Shown: positions 12,524 to 26,160 of the stretch, piece by piece
Numbering within the stretch: the first letter of the stretch is position 1
Layout: every line of letters begins with the position of its first letter
NCBI RefSeq assembly: GCF_001194135.2
Contig: NC_068987.1
Coordinates: 93,950,066-94,014,065, forward strand
Source of the DNA: Octopus bimaculoides
Taxonomy: Eukaryota
Direction of reading: 5' to 3'
Length of the DNA stretch: 64,000 nucleotides
Program-made: the position numbers and the translations under genes
Notes under the pieces: model-generated
The model's database searches: none
Told to the model about the DNA's origin: nothing
What the model saw: the letters and a program-made list of their open reading frames with translations, nothing else

Positions 12524-13404
12524 NNNNNNNNNNNNNNNNNNNNNNNNNNNNNNNNNNNNNNNNNNNNNNNNNNNNNNNNNNNNNNNNNNNNNNNNNNNNN
12601 NNNNNNNNNNNNNNNNNNNNNNNNNNNNNNNNNNNNNNNNNNNNNNNNNNNNNNNNNNNNNNNNNNNNNNNNNNNNNNNNNNNNNNNNNNNNNNNNNNNN
12701 NNNNNNNNNNNNNNNNNNNNNNNNNNNNNNNNNNNNNNNNNNNNNNNNNNNNNNNNNNNNNNNNNNNNNNNNNNNNNNNNNNNNNNNNNNNNNNNNNNNN
12801 NNNNNNNNNNNNNNNNNNNNNNNNNNNNNNNNNNNNNNNNNNNNNNNNNNNNNNNNNNNNNNNNNNNNNNNNNNNNNNNNNNNNNNNNNNNNNNNNNNNN
12901 NNNNNNNNNNNNNNNNNNNNNNNNNNNNNNNNNNNNNNNNNNNNNNNNNNNNNNNNNNNNNNNNNNNNNNNNNNNNNNNNNNNNNNNNNNNNNNNNNNNN
13001 NNNNNNNNNNNNNNNNNNNNNNNNNNNNNNNNNNNNNNNNNNNNNNNNNNNNNNNNNNNNNNNNNNNNNNNNNNNNNNNNNNNNNNNNNNNNNNNNNNNN
13101 NNNNNNNNNNNNNNNNNNNNNNNNNNNNNNNNNNNNNNNNNNNNNNNNNNNNNNNNNNNNNNNNNNNNNNNNNNNNNNNNNNNNNNNNNNNNNNNNNNNN
13201 NNNNNNNNNNNNNNNNNNNNNNNNNNNNNNNNNNNNNNGTGCTTCTGTGTGTGACTCTGTGTGTGTGGTGGTGGGGGGGGGACTTTGTGTGTGTGTGTGT
13301 GTGAGTGTGCGTGTATGTGTTAGTATGAGTGTGCGTGTCCGTATGTGTTTGTGTATGTATATATCTTTAACATTTCATTATTTTAATAGTTGCAGTAAAT
13401 GGAC

Positions 13405-13470
13405 AATTGGTCATGCTGGAGCACCACCTTGAAAACATCTGGTTAGGAAACAAGCGACTTACTACACACG
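13405..13470 (-). mobile_element. SINE family 2 remnant, head joined to tail (internal deletion)
   Basis: GGTCATGCTGGAGCACCACC (tail) is followed directly by TGGTTAGGAAACAAGCGACTTACTACAC (head), compared with 23669-24100. Confidence 0.5.
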
Positions 13471-13948
13471 CATGAATACACCCGCACATACACAGCGAGA
13501 GAGGGGGGGGGAACATAGCGGGGAGGAGAGAAAAAGAAAGAGACAAATGCGGAAGAATTCAGAAGATATCATGATCTGTCTTTCTGTATCTCTCTCTCGC
13601 TCTCTCTGTCCCTCTCTTTCTGTCTCTCCCTCTATTTACATATACGTACGCATATATGAAATAGAGAAAAGAGTTATCTAAATGTAGAGAACAAAAAGAT
13701 GTATGTGCGTACGTATATGTATGTGTGTATGTATGCATGTGTATATATATATATGGTTGGAAGGACGGATGCATGCATGCTTGTATGCGTGTGTGTGAAT
13801 TTGTATGTGTGTATGTATGGGCATGAACAAATATTTCGCTTTAATCATGAAAACAATATTTGGCAGAGTGTCGCGAAGATTTCTGTAAAAGTGAAAAGAA
13901 ATCACATGTAGCGCCATAATGTAGTGACATACCTACATCCATCCATCC

Positions 13949-14021
<73 letters not shown>

Positions 14022-14723
14022 TACAGCAGTAACGATGAAACACTGGAGTGAATAAAAATAATCAAGTTATGCGTGTGTGCTTGTGCGTATTTTTGTGTGT
14101 ACGTATGTGTCTTCTTGCGTGTGTGAGTCTTTGTGTGCATGTGTGTTGGCAGGAATGTCTGTGTGTGTTCCGTTAAAGTGCATAATTCTTTAGAAATACA
14201 AACGAACATATAAAATGGAAGAAAAGTAGTTCAAATATACAAACAGAATTTACAGAATTAGCAGAGATCAATATGTCAACATGTGGAGGAGGGGAAATAA
14301 AAGAATAGTAAGAAAGGAAAAATAAAAGAATGAACAAGAAATTCGAAAAATAGAAGCCGACGCAAATACTAGCATATGTGATTAGGTTTGTGCACAGTTA
14401 GTCAGTTGAAGGTGAAAATCTTCGGCTATGTAGCAGATGCTTCCCAAAGTGTTTCCACTCCTCAAGCATATTTTACTCAATTTTCAATGTCGATGCTAGG
14501 TAGTATTTAGAAGGTAAAAATGTTTTCTCTTCTTAGTTCATTTGATGTAATTATGGTTCCGTATGACAACATGAGACATGAACCTATTCGTCCTTTTATG
14601 GTTTCACGATAGAATTTGGTCTTTACAGAGGTGATTTGGGGCTTTAGCTACATCAAAAAGCATAAATAAATAAACGTAGGAAAACTGAACAAAGAAAATA
14701 TCCATAGATTTAGTTCTTTCGCT

Positions 14724-15010
14724 TTAAAAATAACTATAAATATTAACGCACCTACTTTAAACTTCCTTGATGTTACTCTAGATTTAAGCACTAACGCAAA
14801 CCGCTTTTAAAATCCTTATGAGAATCCCATTTACATTATTGTAGGATCATATCGTCCTCTCCAAGTTTTGTCATAAAATCAAAAGAAGAATTTCCAAACA
14901 GTCTTTGTATAACAGAATTGTTCAATCGTTGAGAATGCTGCCCATTATTGCCATAACCGTATTATTTGAGGCTAATTTCATTAGTAAGTTTATCTACAAA
15001 CCTCACCGGC
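14724..15010 (+). mobile_element. Penelope-like element, decayed RT C-terminal fragment
   Basis: Reads LKITININAPTLNFLDVTLDLSTNANRF*NPYENPIYIIVGSYRPLQVLS*, matching the PLE motif LKITI....VNFLDVTLDL....PY.KP...P.YI...S.HP. Contains in-frame stops. Confidence 0.75.
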
Positions 15011-16369
15011 CCCGGAAAATGTAAAGATTCATGTGCATAAATTTCTCTAATTTTAAATTTAATAATTGCAAAACCATTCCTAACTTTAAAAGACGAACAC
15101 TCTTTAAATGGTTATAAATAAGAATTCTTTTTAAAAGGTATAAACTGATATTAAGCTTCAGCCGTAACATTGACATAAAAGAATTGAAACCTCGTCCACC
15201 TCAATGAAAACGAGATTTCATACTCATACAGACTTAACATTCTTGCAACAAAACCATAATTTGTGAATAAAAGTTTACGGTGATAAAACCGAAGTGTTGC
15301 CCGTTGAACAAGATGTGGACATACCTGAAGGAAAGCAAAGAATCTTGAAAATACATCGTCTTTTAAGAACATCAACATATTTGCGTGAAAACCAAGTAAC
15401 TAAAGCAGCCGATTAAAACATGAAAATATTATAATCACTAAATTCTACAAGGAGGGAATTTTGTGCTTTATGCAGCCCCGAAAGTGAATCTTCTAAACGT
15501 GTATGACTATGAACTGTATTTGACACCCGGATTGAATATTTTTGGAAAAGGATGACTCTTTTAAAAACCACCTCATCTCATTGGACCATAGAACCTGCAA
15601 GAGTCTAACTGTACTCAAACTTATTCAAATACAGTGATGTTACAACCTGCTTTTATCATATTTTTCGAATCTTTTATTTTTCATTTCATTTCTTCTTCTT
15701 TCTTTTGTTCTTCCTTTTCTTTATTTTTCCCCTCTCTTATTATCAATCTATTGATCTCTCTCAGATCCATAACATTTCCCTCCCTCCTGCCTATATTCTT
15801 GCTGATTTCTTTTTGTTTTCTTTCTATTCTATTCTTTTGTGTTTCAAGAAAATAAGAAATTTAACGGAAGCTATTTATTTAACACGTTTTGTCAAAATAT
15901 GCTTCAATAAACATCGCAGCCTGAAGATTTGCAATTATACAATTATGGTGGCATCTTTTCAGTAATCACGATAGGATATTTTTAGCTTGTACTTCTTTAT
16001 ATACATTACTNNNNNNNNNNNNNNNNNNNNNNNNNNNNNNNNNNNNNNNNNNNNNNNNNNNNNNNNNNNNNNNNNNNNNNNNNNNNNNNNNNNNNNNNNN
16101 NNNNNNNNNNNNNNNNNNNNNNNNNNNNNNNNNNNNNNNNNNNNNNNNNNNNNNNNNNNNNNNNNNNNNNNNNNNNNNNNNNNNNNNNNNNNNNNNNNNN
16201 NNNNNNNNNNNNNNNNNNNNNNNNNNNNNNNNNNNNNNNNNNNNNNNNNNNNNNNNNNNNNNNNNNNNNNNNNNNNNNNNNNNNNNNNNNNNNNNNNNNN
16301 NNNNNNNNNNNNNNNNNNNNNNNNNNNNNNNNNNNNNNNNNNNNNNNNNNNNNNNNNNNNNNNNNNNNG

Positions 16370-17400
16370 TGGAGGTCAATATCGAAAAACAGCTGGGTTT
16401 TACATCGATCAAAGGCAGACACTACAATATTAAAGGAAATAACGAAGGATATATAAATAGAAGTTAGATAAATAGATGAATAATGAATAAATGGAATCAC
16501 CAAGAGCAGAGCAGTCCATTTAGAGTAATTCAGGGCAAAACCCACGCAAAAGACCCAGTTTACTTTGCCATCGCCATGGAATGAGAAGTACACTCTTCCA
16601 GTTTCCTTCCTCCTACTTAGAAAAACATACTCAGAGTCGATACATTCAGTCTCACCAGTGTTGCCGCTCTTGTCCACCTTTTGATAAACCCACTAGGAGG
16701 CAGCACCTACCTCTCTATCCTAACCTTTCTCTTCAAATGATATTCGAAGAAATTGGTGAGAACTTATTCAGACAGGAAAGTGACAATCTTCAAACCTTTC
16801 CAACGCGTCCACCACACAGTCTCTTTTCTCACGGTCACTAAGCAGTGTTAGATCTGCCTTCCATCTCTGTTAATAGATGGTGACTCGATCTTCCCTATGG
16901 ACTCGACAGACAGCTGGATTCGTCTTACACGAAACAGCAACAGCTCAACACAAGCCGACAAGTCTCTAATGCAAGAAAACTAAATGTTTGCATGCAGGAC
17001 GGTCTCGTCGTCCTGCATGCTTCCCGTGGATGCTCGGTTGTTAGCACTTCCATGCCTAAAGAGTTTCTCTCGAGCAGGCGATGATTCCTGCGGCATTTCC
17101 ACACAAAGAAATTGTTCATGAACTTCGACCTGAAAGTCCTCCAGAAGAGACCACTTAGACTGTTCTCGTCGATGCCCAAAGTTTACACCATCGCAGTGTT
17201 TCAGATATTTCTGCTCCACTAATTGGCTTTGCTACACTTTCATTACGCGGTATTTGATGCATGAAAGAGTCTGGTGTTGCTGCCCTCATTCATGTTTCTT
17301 GCCGTGAGGAAGGTCCATGCGAAAATCTTGACAACATGAAAACCAGTTTTGTTTTGAAGACACCAACCTCACCTTCATGCATGTCTCTTGGTCATTTGGT
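16370..17400 (-). mobile_element. Tx1/L1-clade LINE, decayed ORF2 C-terminus plus 3' UTR
   Basis: Frameshifted minus-strand pieces: GIDENSLSGLFWRTF; PAREKLFRHGSA...DDETVLHA (decayed zf-RVT region); IQLSVESIGKIESPS...WWTRWKGLK...FFEYHLKRKVRIER...KRWTRAATLVRLN.STLSMFF*. Confidence 0.7.
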
Positions 17401-18218
17401 GAGGATACTGAAGGGCTGAGGGTCCTTGAAACCCAAGTTGTTGCTGTTGCAGTATTTGATGTTGTAGCTTAAGGGGTGATGTTGGAATCTTTGACATTAT
17501 GCAGTGGCGTCTCGTTCATCTGTTTGTATTAATATGTATAATTATATAATTATAAATGTTTATACGTACACTCAGACAGACAGACAAACGATAGCAAGGC
17601 GGCAGAGGCTTAACATCAATCCAGAGTACTTTTGAATGACGCATCATATCCCTTCTTGCTGTATGCTAGCATATGATAGCCAATAAGCATAGAGGGGCTT
17701 TGGAGTGCACGTAATAGGGTTATATTACCCAGATACTATTATATATATATATATTTGTTGATCAATGTCTAGAATAAAGCATTTGGTGTGTAGATGTAGC
17801 AATTAGTGTTGGAGAAAATTGTGTAAGACCTCTTGCTCTACAGAGGAGTGCGTAATTATTCTGCATCACTAATTAGTATGTCGACAGCGCAACTTGTTTC
17901 ATTGTGGATAATGAGTTAAATACATAAACCCGGCTGGGAGAACAGACGTGCTTCTAACTGGATTGGCGCTGGTAAGGACTAATTTGTTGGAAATAGCATT
18001 GTTTCGGGTTTGGGATCAGCAGGATTCTGCCAGGGATTATTAACCATATCTGGGTTACAACACCTTCCCTTCTCATTTAGAATTAATTAACTCATGTGTG
18101 CGCATTTACGTGTATCTATGTGTACTCATATATATTTTATAGTGTAGCATCAATTAAGAGGAAATGAATACGTACACATATTAGTTTGTATACCACTATC
18201 TATCTATCTATCTATCTA

Positions 18219-18255
<37 letters not shown>

Positions 18256-18256
18256 C

Positions 18257-18302
<46 letters not shown>

Positions 18303-19157
18303 TTATCTATATATACATACACACACATGTATATATATGCATACAAATTCACCTATATTCACTCTTATCCATATGTGTCTATGTGTGTGTGTGTGCGTGT
18401 GTGTGTCTGTGTGTGTGTGTGTGTGTCTGGGTGCGTGCATATATTCTTACATGTGTGTGTGTTCACCAGAGAAGAATATGTGGAAGATATGAGGAGAAAA
18501 GAGGTTCCAAAGAGAGAGATAGAGTGAGAGAGCTAGGGCGGTGAATGACCGACCACATCACAGATGCATTATAGGATCACTTATTTTCAGTCAAGCCTCC
18601 TGGTGATTGTAATTACTGACGAATGGAAAAGCCTTTTTTTTTTTTTTTCATTTTATTTTATTTAAAGAAAAAAAAAATAATCAAAACCATGAATATAGAA
18701 TCAGGAACAAAAATAGAAGAAAATCCGAAATGGAACCAATGAATAAATAAATAAATTAATTTGTAAAATAAAGAAATACACGATAAAATAATTAGTAAAA
18801 ATGAAATTATAAATAATATTGAGAAGTGAAACATAACCAGTGATATATNNNNNNNNNNNNNNNNNNNNNNNNNNNNNNNNNNNNNNNNNNNNNNNNNNNN
18901 NNNNNNNNNNNNNNNNNNNNNNNNNNNNNNNNNNNNNNNNNNNNNNNNNNNNNNNNNNNNNNNNNNNNNNNNNNNNNNNNNNNNNNNNNNNNNNNNNNNN
19001 NNNNNNNNNNNNNNNNNNNNNNNNNNNNNNNNNNNNNNNNNNNNNNNNNNNNNNNNNNNNNNNNNNNNNNNNNNNNNNNNNNNNNNNNNNNNNNNNNNNN
19101 NNNNNNNNNNNNNNNNNNNNNNNNNNNNNNNNNNNNNNNNNNNNNNNNNNNNNNNNN

Positions 19158-19189
19158 TCCTTCTCCACCTCCTCCTCCTCCTCCTACTC

Positions 19190-19238
<49 letters not shown>

Positions 19239-19246
19239 AGCGACTG

Positions 19247-19289
<43 letters not shown>

Positions 19290-19303
19290 AACAGCGACTG
19301 CTG

Positions 19304-19339
<36 letters not shown>

Positions 19340-19400
19340 TTACTACTTCTACTACGACTACAGCGACTGCTACAACGACGACCACGACGACAACAACTGC
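19158..19400. repeat. (CTA)n array with CAGCGA interruptions
   Basis: Visible trinucleotide runs. Confidence 0.95.
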
Positions 19401-19419
19401 AATACACACACAGCCCCCA

Positions 19420-19800
19420 CAAAATGCAACTCCACTGAGAGCTTTCGACTCCATTCCTCATTCTCCACTCAAATCGCTGACATAGAAATTTGTTGCTGTC
19501 AGATCGCGAACTCTGGTGTAAAGTACAGGAACATGACTTGGAATCACAATGGCTTCTCTTCTCATTCACTTTTGTTTTCAACTGAAACCTGCGGTCTTTG
19601 GGCATCTTTACAAATCATAGACAACATGATACATAGATGACACCACACACATTCTCTCACCAATTTACATGACACCGTTCTGCACGAGTCCGATTCTATT
19701 GGAATCTTTCAGAAACCTGGTTCCACAACACCATGTCATCCTCTACCAAATCCGTTCTCTCACATGTCAGCAGCAGCAGCGGCCATTAAACGAAACTCGT
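19420..19800 (-). mobile_element. Possible highly decayed RTE-like LINE fragment
   Basis: Minus-strand pieces LVEDDMVLW (YADD-like) and FYVSDLSGE (FxYLG-like) lie in the expected order, with many disruptions. Confidence 0.25.
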
Positions 19801-20289
19801 ACACAATAACATAAATATAAACATAAACACTGCAGAGCATCAGGCAGTCATAAATCTAGGAACTGCGCACAACACTTCTGCAGCGTTCACCAAACTTGTA
19901 TAAATAGGAACCAACCCGATGTCCAAACACAGATCAATCACAAGAACCCCATTTGGCCAACAGAATAAAACGACACCAGCAACGATGTATAAAGAATGCA
20001 AACGCGGATTCTGCTAGTCTTTATAGAGTCCCTAATTTCGCCACAACACCCAACAATAAATTACCGAAAGCATAAAACCGCAGACTATACAATATGACTG
20101 TGTATATACACGATATATATATATATATACACACACATATATACATACACATATANNNNNNNNNNNNNNNNNNNNNNNNNNNNNNNNNNNNNNNNNNNNN
20201 NNNNNNNNNNNNNNNNNNNNNNNNNNNNNNNNNNNNNNNNNNNNNNNNNNNNNNNNNNNNNNNNTATACATAATACAGATAACGTAATA

Positions 20290-20900
20290 AAAGCGAGAAA
20301 CACCTTGGGCATTGCAACATCTAACCTCCCCATTCCTTGTATTACTTGAAGAATCACCTCCAAGATAGATATTTGTACAACAGCAGAGAACTCTACAACC
20401 TTAAAATTCTATCGCTTGCATCTAGCCAGAATAGGAATGGGGATTATAAACTGGTAAGCACTGTGCAAGGATATGTGCCAGAAACACAAAGTACAGAATA
20501 GCATCAACTGTCATGTTCTGAATAAGCCGATCTTTGTCAGTTTTGAATCTATGGCAAGAAGGAAGGCATAAAACATCTTGCAGTATGTTCAGACTGTCAT
20601 GAGTCAACCAATATGATTCATCACTACATGTCAGATTGTGCGGAAAAGCGGAAACGTTGTATAACAGGGAAGGTAGATCTATAGGCTGGAATTGATCGAT
20701 CACCTGACTACTTCACTGTGAAAGGGTTTCTCAATAAAAGCCAAATTTGGGCTGCACAACAACAGTAACCCAAGTATTTTAACAATCCCAATAACAAATG
20801 CAGGACAAGTGGGGACAGCCAACGTGGCTGGTAATAGAGGCCGCCTTGTGCAAACAGCTCACAGGCCGTGATAACCGTTTCCTTGGTTTTCCTAAATCTC
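20290..20900 (+). mobile_element. Decayed R4/Dong-like LINE, thumb to CCHC region
   Basis: Pieces RLHLARIGMGIINW (RLY.PR..GG.GL-like), IWAAQQQ (IAAQDQ-like), NKCRT and VIEAALCKQLTGRDN (C..L....RHN-like) occur in colinear order with frameshifts. Confidence 0.4.
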
Positions 20901-21100
20901 ATTCCTGTCAACCTCCTTACAAGTCATTTTCCATCTCATTTTCTGGCTTGATACCATATCCTTTATTTCTTGCTACACATTTTCAAACTGTTTTTTTTTT
21001 TCTGTTCCTACAAGCTTTAGAAGAGGAATCACTGCATAAGTTCTTCTCGATGAGTATTATTTCTTCTTCTTTCTTGATGCTGTCAAAAGAAAAGAAAACA

Positions 21101-21330
21101 GTTGTGTCCTTGAACAAGACACTTTATTTCATGTTGCTCCAGTCCGCTCAGTAGGACCCGTTTATCAAGGGGCCAGCCTTGTCACACTCTGTGTCACACT
21201 GAATCTCCCTGAGAACTACCTGGTGCGGATTCGCGCGTCTGCGGAGTACTCAGTCACTTGCACGTTAATTTCATGTGAAAGCTGTTCCATTGATCGGATC
21301 AACTGGAACCATCGTCGTCTTGACCACTAA
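21101..21330 (+). mobile_element. SINE family 3 (CORE-like), 5'-truncated
   Basis: TTGTGTCCTTGAACAAGACACTT CORE-like segment plus body. Homologous to the head fragment at 27046-27180. Confidence 0.75.
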
Positions 21331-21464
21331 AGCATCGTAATACCACCACCTTACCATTGTCACATCTCTATATCAGTCTCACCAAAATATCCTTCACTCC
21401 CACACCCCACCCCACACTCCTATTCTTACGAACTTATAAGGGAGCCACCGCGCAATTGGTTGAT

Positions 21465-21590
21465 TTGCAAGAAATAGCAAATGAATTTCCCTCAAATCGC
21501 ATCTTATCATCTTAATAAGGGAAGAAGAATACATGTAGTCATAAATATCTGAAATATACCAACGGGAGAGCCATGGCTGGAACACTTTTA
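21465..21590 (+). repeat. Interspersed repeat family 4 (AGAAATAGCAGCCAA..CCCTCAAATC) fragment
   Basis: Related segments recur at 30670-30815, 33030-33130 (minus), 34335-34420 (minus), 46250-46350 and 58880-59070. Confidence 0.55.
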
Positions 21591-21699
21591 CCCATTTGCC
21601 CCTTCTGACACCATCGTTAGAAAAACCACTACCACTATCACTGCATTATAAACTATCACCACACTATTATGTCCAACATCATTACCACCTCAACCAGTA

Positions 21700-21728
21700 T
21701 TACGCTGCTGCTGTTGCTACTACTGCTT

Positions 21729-21793
<65 letters not shown>

Positions 21794-23050
21794 TCTACTA
21801 CTATTACTACTACTGCTGCTACCACTGCTACTACCACTACTATATTTAATAAGGTCTATCACCATCTTCACCGCTACTACCACTACATTGCCAATACAAC
21901 ATTCCTATATTCAATACCACCACCACCACCACCTCCATACTATCTCCTATACATCCGCCACCCTCTCTGCACCCCATTCAGTTCCCCTACTACAGCCATT
22001 ACACCCTCACTTATCAATTTACCTTCAATCCACCCCTTTGTCTCAATTATCTCCTTAATGCTCCCCCCACACTCACCCGCCACTTCTCTGTTTGTCCCTA
22101 TTTCTCACTTCCTCCATTCCCGACCAAACCGGCACATACCTCCACTACCACCACCTCCACTACTACCACCACCTCCACTACCACCACCTCCACTACCACC
22201 ACCGCCACTCCTTCTACCCCCTCAACCCCCCCCCATAGACTGTTAAAAACTCGGTGCTCGTCATTCCAATTAGCGAATAAATAAACACATATAGGGGATA
22301 CAGACTAATTAACTGAAGGTGTGGGGGCTGGTTGAGGGTAGCGGGGCGGTGTTGCAGTGTGATATTATGGTGGGGGTTGGAGTGGTATATCGATAACCCG
22401 TCACCCACCCATAGCGATGGAATGGTGGCGGTAATAGCGAAGAAAGCGATGGAGTAGTATTGGTTGTGGTAGCAGTGGTGATGATGATGGGGATGGTGGT
22501 AGTGGTGGTAATGATAGTGATGACGGCGATGGTGGGGATAGGGTGCTGGTGAAGGCAATGTGGTATTGTGTTAATTCTAGGTTGTAGTGGTGGAGGTTGT
22601 AGTAATAGTGGTGCTTGGAGCAGGTGAGTGTTGGTAGTAGTGTGTTGTTAGTTGCGGTGAAAGTGAAGAAGTGGTTGGTGTATTGCTTATAGTGACGGCG
22701 ATGGTATTAGTGGTACTCTTAATGACAGTGATAATNNNNNNNNNNGCAGTGGTGATGATGATGGGGATGGTGGTAGTGGTGGTAATGATAGTGATGACGG
22801 CGATGGTGGGGATAGGGTGCTGGTGAAGGCAATGTGGTATTGTGTTAATTCTAGGTTGTAGTGGTGGAGGTTGTAGTAATAGTGGTGCTTGGAGCAGGTG
22901 AGTGTTGGTAGTAGTGTGTTGTTAGTTGCGGTGAAAGTGAAGAAGTGNNNNNNNNNNGAGGAGGAGGAGGAGGAGGAGGAGGAGAAGCAGCGGCACCAGC
23001 AACAGAAATAACGGTAATACGGTGGTAGGTGTGATGGTGATGGTGGTGGT
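21700..23050. repeat. Compound trinucleotide low-complexity block (CTA/CTG/CCA, then GGT/GAT/GGA)
   Basis: Visible runs, including a CCACCTCCACTACCA 15-mer tandem at about 22138-22205. Confidence 0.85.
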
Positions 23051-23378
23051 GGTGTGATTTACAATAAAGCGCTCTGATAATTTGTTAGTGTTAGTGTGGT
23101 TATTGTACTGTGTTGTGATTGTGGATTGGTGGTTTCTTAAGTGGTGGTCAGGTGTATTGAATGTGTTAATATTGCTGTAGATTTTCTTGTTAGTAAAAAG
23201 TGACAGGACACTACTCCTAAGCCTTACATTGAGTTTCCCAATGTAGTGGGGCGTGTGCCTTCAAACCAAAAGCCTAGCGTCTGGTTCCAACGTAATCCTC
23301 CAAATATCCTTAAACCGAGGACCTGCCAACCATATAAAATCTCTCTCGTTGTTTGGGTGGAGGTGCTCTATGGAATTA

Positions 23379-23595
23379 AATGGTTCTTCAAAAGGCAAAA
23401 GGCCAACAAATGTGTTGCAGAGTGGGGCTAATTCGATTACATCGCACCCAGTACACGACTGGTACTTATTTTATCGACCCTGAAATGATAAAAGGCAAAC
23501 TGAACCTCAGTAGAATTTGAACTCAGAATGTAATGACAGAAGAAATGCCGCTGAGAAGTTTTAGCGGGCCGGTTTCGATTCTACCAGCTCACCGC
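23379..23595 (-). mobile_element. SINE family 1 copy
   Basis: CTGGTACTTATTTTATCGACCC, GAATTTGAACTCAGAA and CCAGCTCACCGC. Confidence 0.85.
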
Positions 23596-23668
23596 AAATA
23601 AAATCTGAAACCTCTATGCAGCTTTGGGATAAAATGGTTTTAGTAAAATCCCAAATGATCTAGTACAC

Positions 23669-24100
23669 TTTTACTCTTTTACTTGTTTCAGGCACATGAC
23701 TGCGGCCATGCTGGAGCACCACCTCTAGTCGAACGAATCGACCCCAGGACTTATTCTTTGTAAGCCTAGTACTTTTTCTATCGGTCTGTTTTGCCGAACC
23801 GCTAGGCTACGGGGACGTAAACAAACCAGCATAAATTGTCGGGCGATGTTGGAGGAACAAACACAGACACACAAACACAAATACACAGACACACACGCAC
23901 ACACACGCACACACACACACATACACACACACATATACACAGACGACGGGCTTCTTTCAGTTTCCGTCTACCAAATCCACTCACAAGGCTTTGGTCGGCT
24001 CGAGGCTATAGCAGAAGACGCTTGTCCACTTAGGTACCAATTAGTGGGACTGAACCCGGAACCATATAGTTGGGAAGCAAGCTACTTACGACATAGCCGA
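23669..24100 (-). mobile_element. SINE family 2, full length (tRNA-type head, internal (TG)n, tail)
   Basis: Sense strand has head GGCTATGTCGTAAGTAGCTTGC...GGTTCCGGGTTCAGTCCC (B-box-like), body, internal microsatellite and tail CCAGCATGGCCGCAGTC...AAACAAGTAAAAGAGTAAAA. Confidence 0.92.
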
Positions 24101-25753
24101 TCATGAGCCTATATCGGATGATGATGATGATGGTAGTGATGGTGGTGTAGTGGTGGAGGTGGTTTGGGGAAGGTGTGAAGGAATGTTAAAGCAGGAAAGT
24201 AAGACATTTTTGTAAAACTGTACATATTCTCCCCCCTCTCCCCCTCTCCCTCGGTATTGGTTACACTTCCTCACATTCTTCGTCTCTAACCTAAATCCGC
24301 TCACAACAGAATCAAGGCAGTTGATCACCATCAGCGATATCAAATTCTGGTTCTGAGTCCTTTCCCAGACAACTGAGAAATATCAGTAGATTTCATTCTA
24401 TGGCAGGAAACCGAAAGAAACGAGCTCAGTCCAAATGCTTAGCATCCTGGGACGATAAAGCTGAGAGGAATTAGGTCGACGTGTATTTTGTATCTGCAGT
24501 ACGGTGTTATCAAAAGTTGAGTGAAATGCTCAGTTACGAACACATTACTTGAATGATCAGTTCAGGTTCATCAGACAACTAAATCTTAATCGACAAAAAA
24601 AAACAGAAAAAGAAAAAGAAATCTCAGCCGTCACTTGCAAGCGGGTATGATACCGTGGCAGGTACCATGCCTTCTCTAAGTTTCTTGAATTGACGTGATA
24701 CGACATAGACTTCCTCTTTGCCATTCATTCCATTGCAAACACACACGCGCACATATATGGAAACTTCAGCAAGAGACATATAGATTTGACAAATTTAAGC
24801 ATTTAGTATTTTCAAGCAGTAAATGTAAGCAAATCAACCTTTCAGACTCCCAGTTTATCGATGAGGACATAAATCTCTTGATGATGAAACAAAGATTCAT
24901 CAACATTAACTGAACAAGTGTTCGTTCTTGCCCCAACCTCAAAACTTCCAGGAGATACACATTCAATAGTTTGTTGTGTTATTTCTTCACTAGGCTCTCT
25001 GTTATCACTGGTCAGTCACACATCCTAACTTCGCTTCTTCTTGTTATTCATCTAACGCTACAGTCTACCAATTAAATTACATAAAAAATATACTTACCTT
25101 TCAACAGTAAAATATGCGCGCGGGTGTGTATACGTGTGCAGTATATGTTCGTATATACACATGTGTGTGTGTGTGTGTGTGTGTCTGTGTGTCTGTGTGT
25201 ATGCGTACATATGTACGTATATATATATATATATATATANNNNNNNNNNNNNNNNNNNNNNNNNNNNNNNNNNNNNNNNNNNNNNNNNNNNNNNNNNNNN
25301 NNNNNNNNNNNNNNNNNNNNNNNNNNNNNNNNNNNNNNNNNNNNNNNNNNNNNNNNNNNNNNNNNNNNNNNNNNNNNNNNNNNNNNNNNNNNNNNNNNNN
25401 NNNNNNNNNNNNNNNNNNNNNNNNNNNNNNNNNNNNNNNNNNNNNNNNNNNNNNNNNNNNNNNNNNNNNNNNNNNNNNNNNNNNNNNNNNNNNNNNNNNN
25501 NNNNNNNNNNNNNNNNNNNNNNNNNNNNNNNNNNNNNNNNNNNNNNNNNNNNNNNNNNNNNNNNNNNNNNNNNNNNNNNNNNNNNNNNNNNNNNNNNNNN
25601 NNNNNNNNNNNNNNNNNNNNNNNNNNNNNNNNNNNNNNNNNNNNNNNNNNNNNNNNNNNNNNNNNNNNNNNNNNNNNNNNNNNNNNNNNNNNNNNNNNNN
25701 NNNNNNNNNNNNNNNNNNNNNNNNNNNNNNNNNNNNNNNNNNNNNNNNNNNNN

Positions 25754-25815
<62 letters not shown>

Positions 25816-25989
25816 CACATTCATATATACGCCGTCTCACACAGAACGCTATACCACTTCCAGATCTTGAGAGTGAGAATGTGTGATCTGAAGTCATTCA
25901 CCAGCGATTTTAGCTCTGTAAATGAAGTTAAACATTTAGAAAAGTAATAAATTGTTTAGTACTCCTGCTTTGTACTCACTGATCCCCCT

Positions 25990-26017
25990 CCTGTATTTAT
26001 TGTTGTTGTTGTCATCA

Positions 26018-26090
<73 letters not shown>

Positions 26091-26160
26091 CATTATTATT
26101 AATATCATTATTATCATTATTATTATTATTATTATGATTATGATTATTATTATTATTATC
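25990..26160. repeat. (TAT)n microsatellite
   Basis: Visible run. Confidence 0.97.

Noticed and set aside
22472-22947. Exact 202-bp direct duplication (22472-22673 and 22746-22947)
   Set aside because: The second copy is bounded by two 10-N gaps, so it is most likely a scaffolding artefact.
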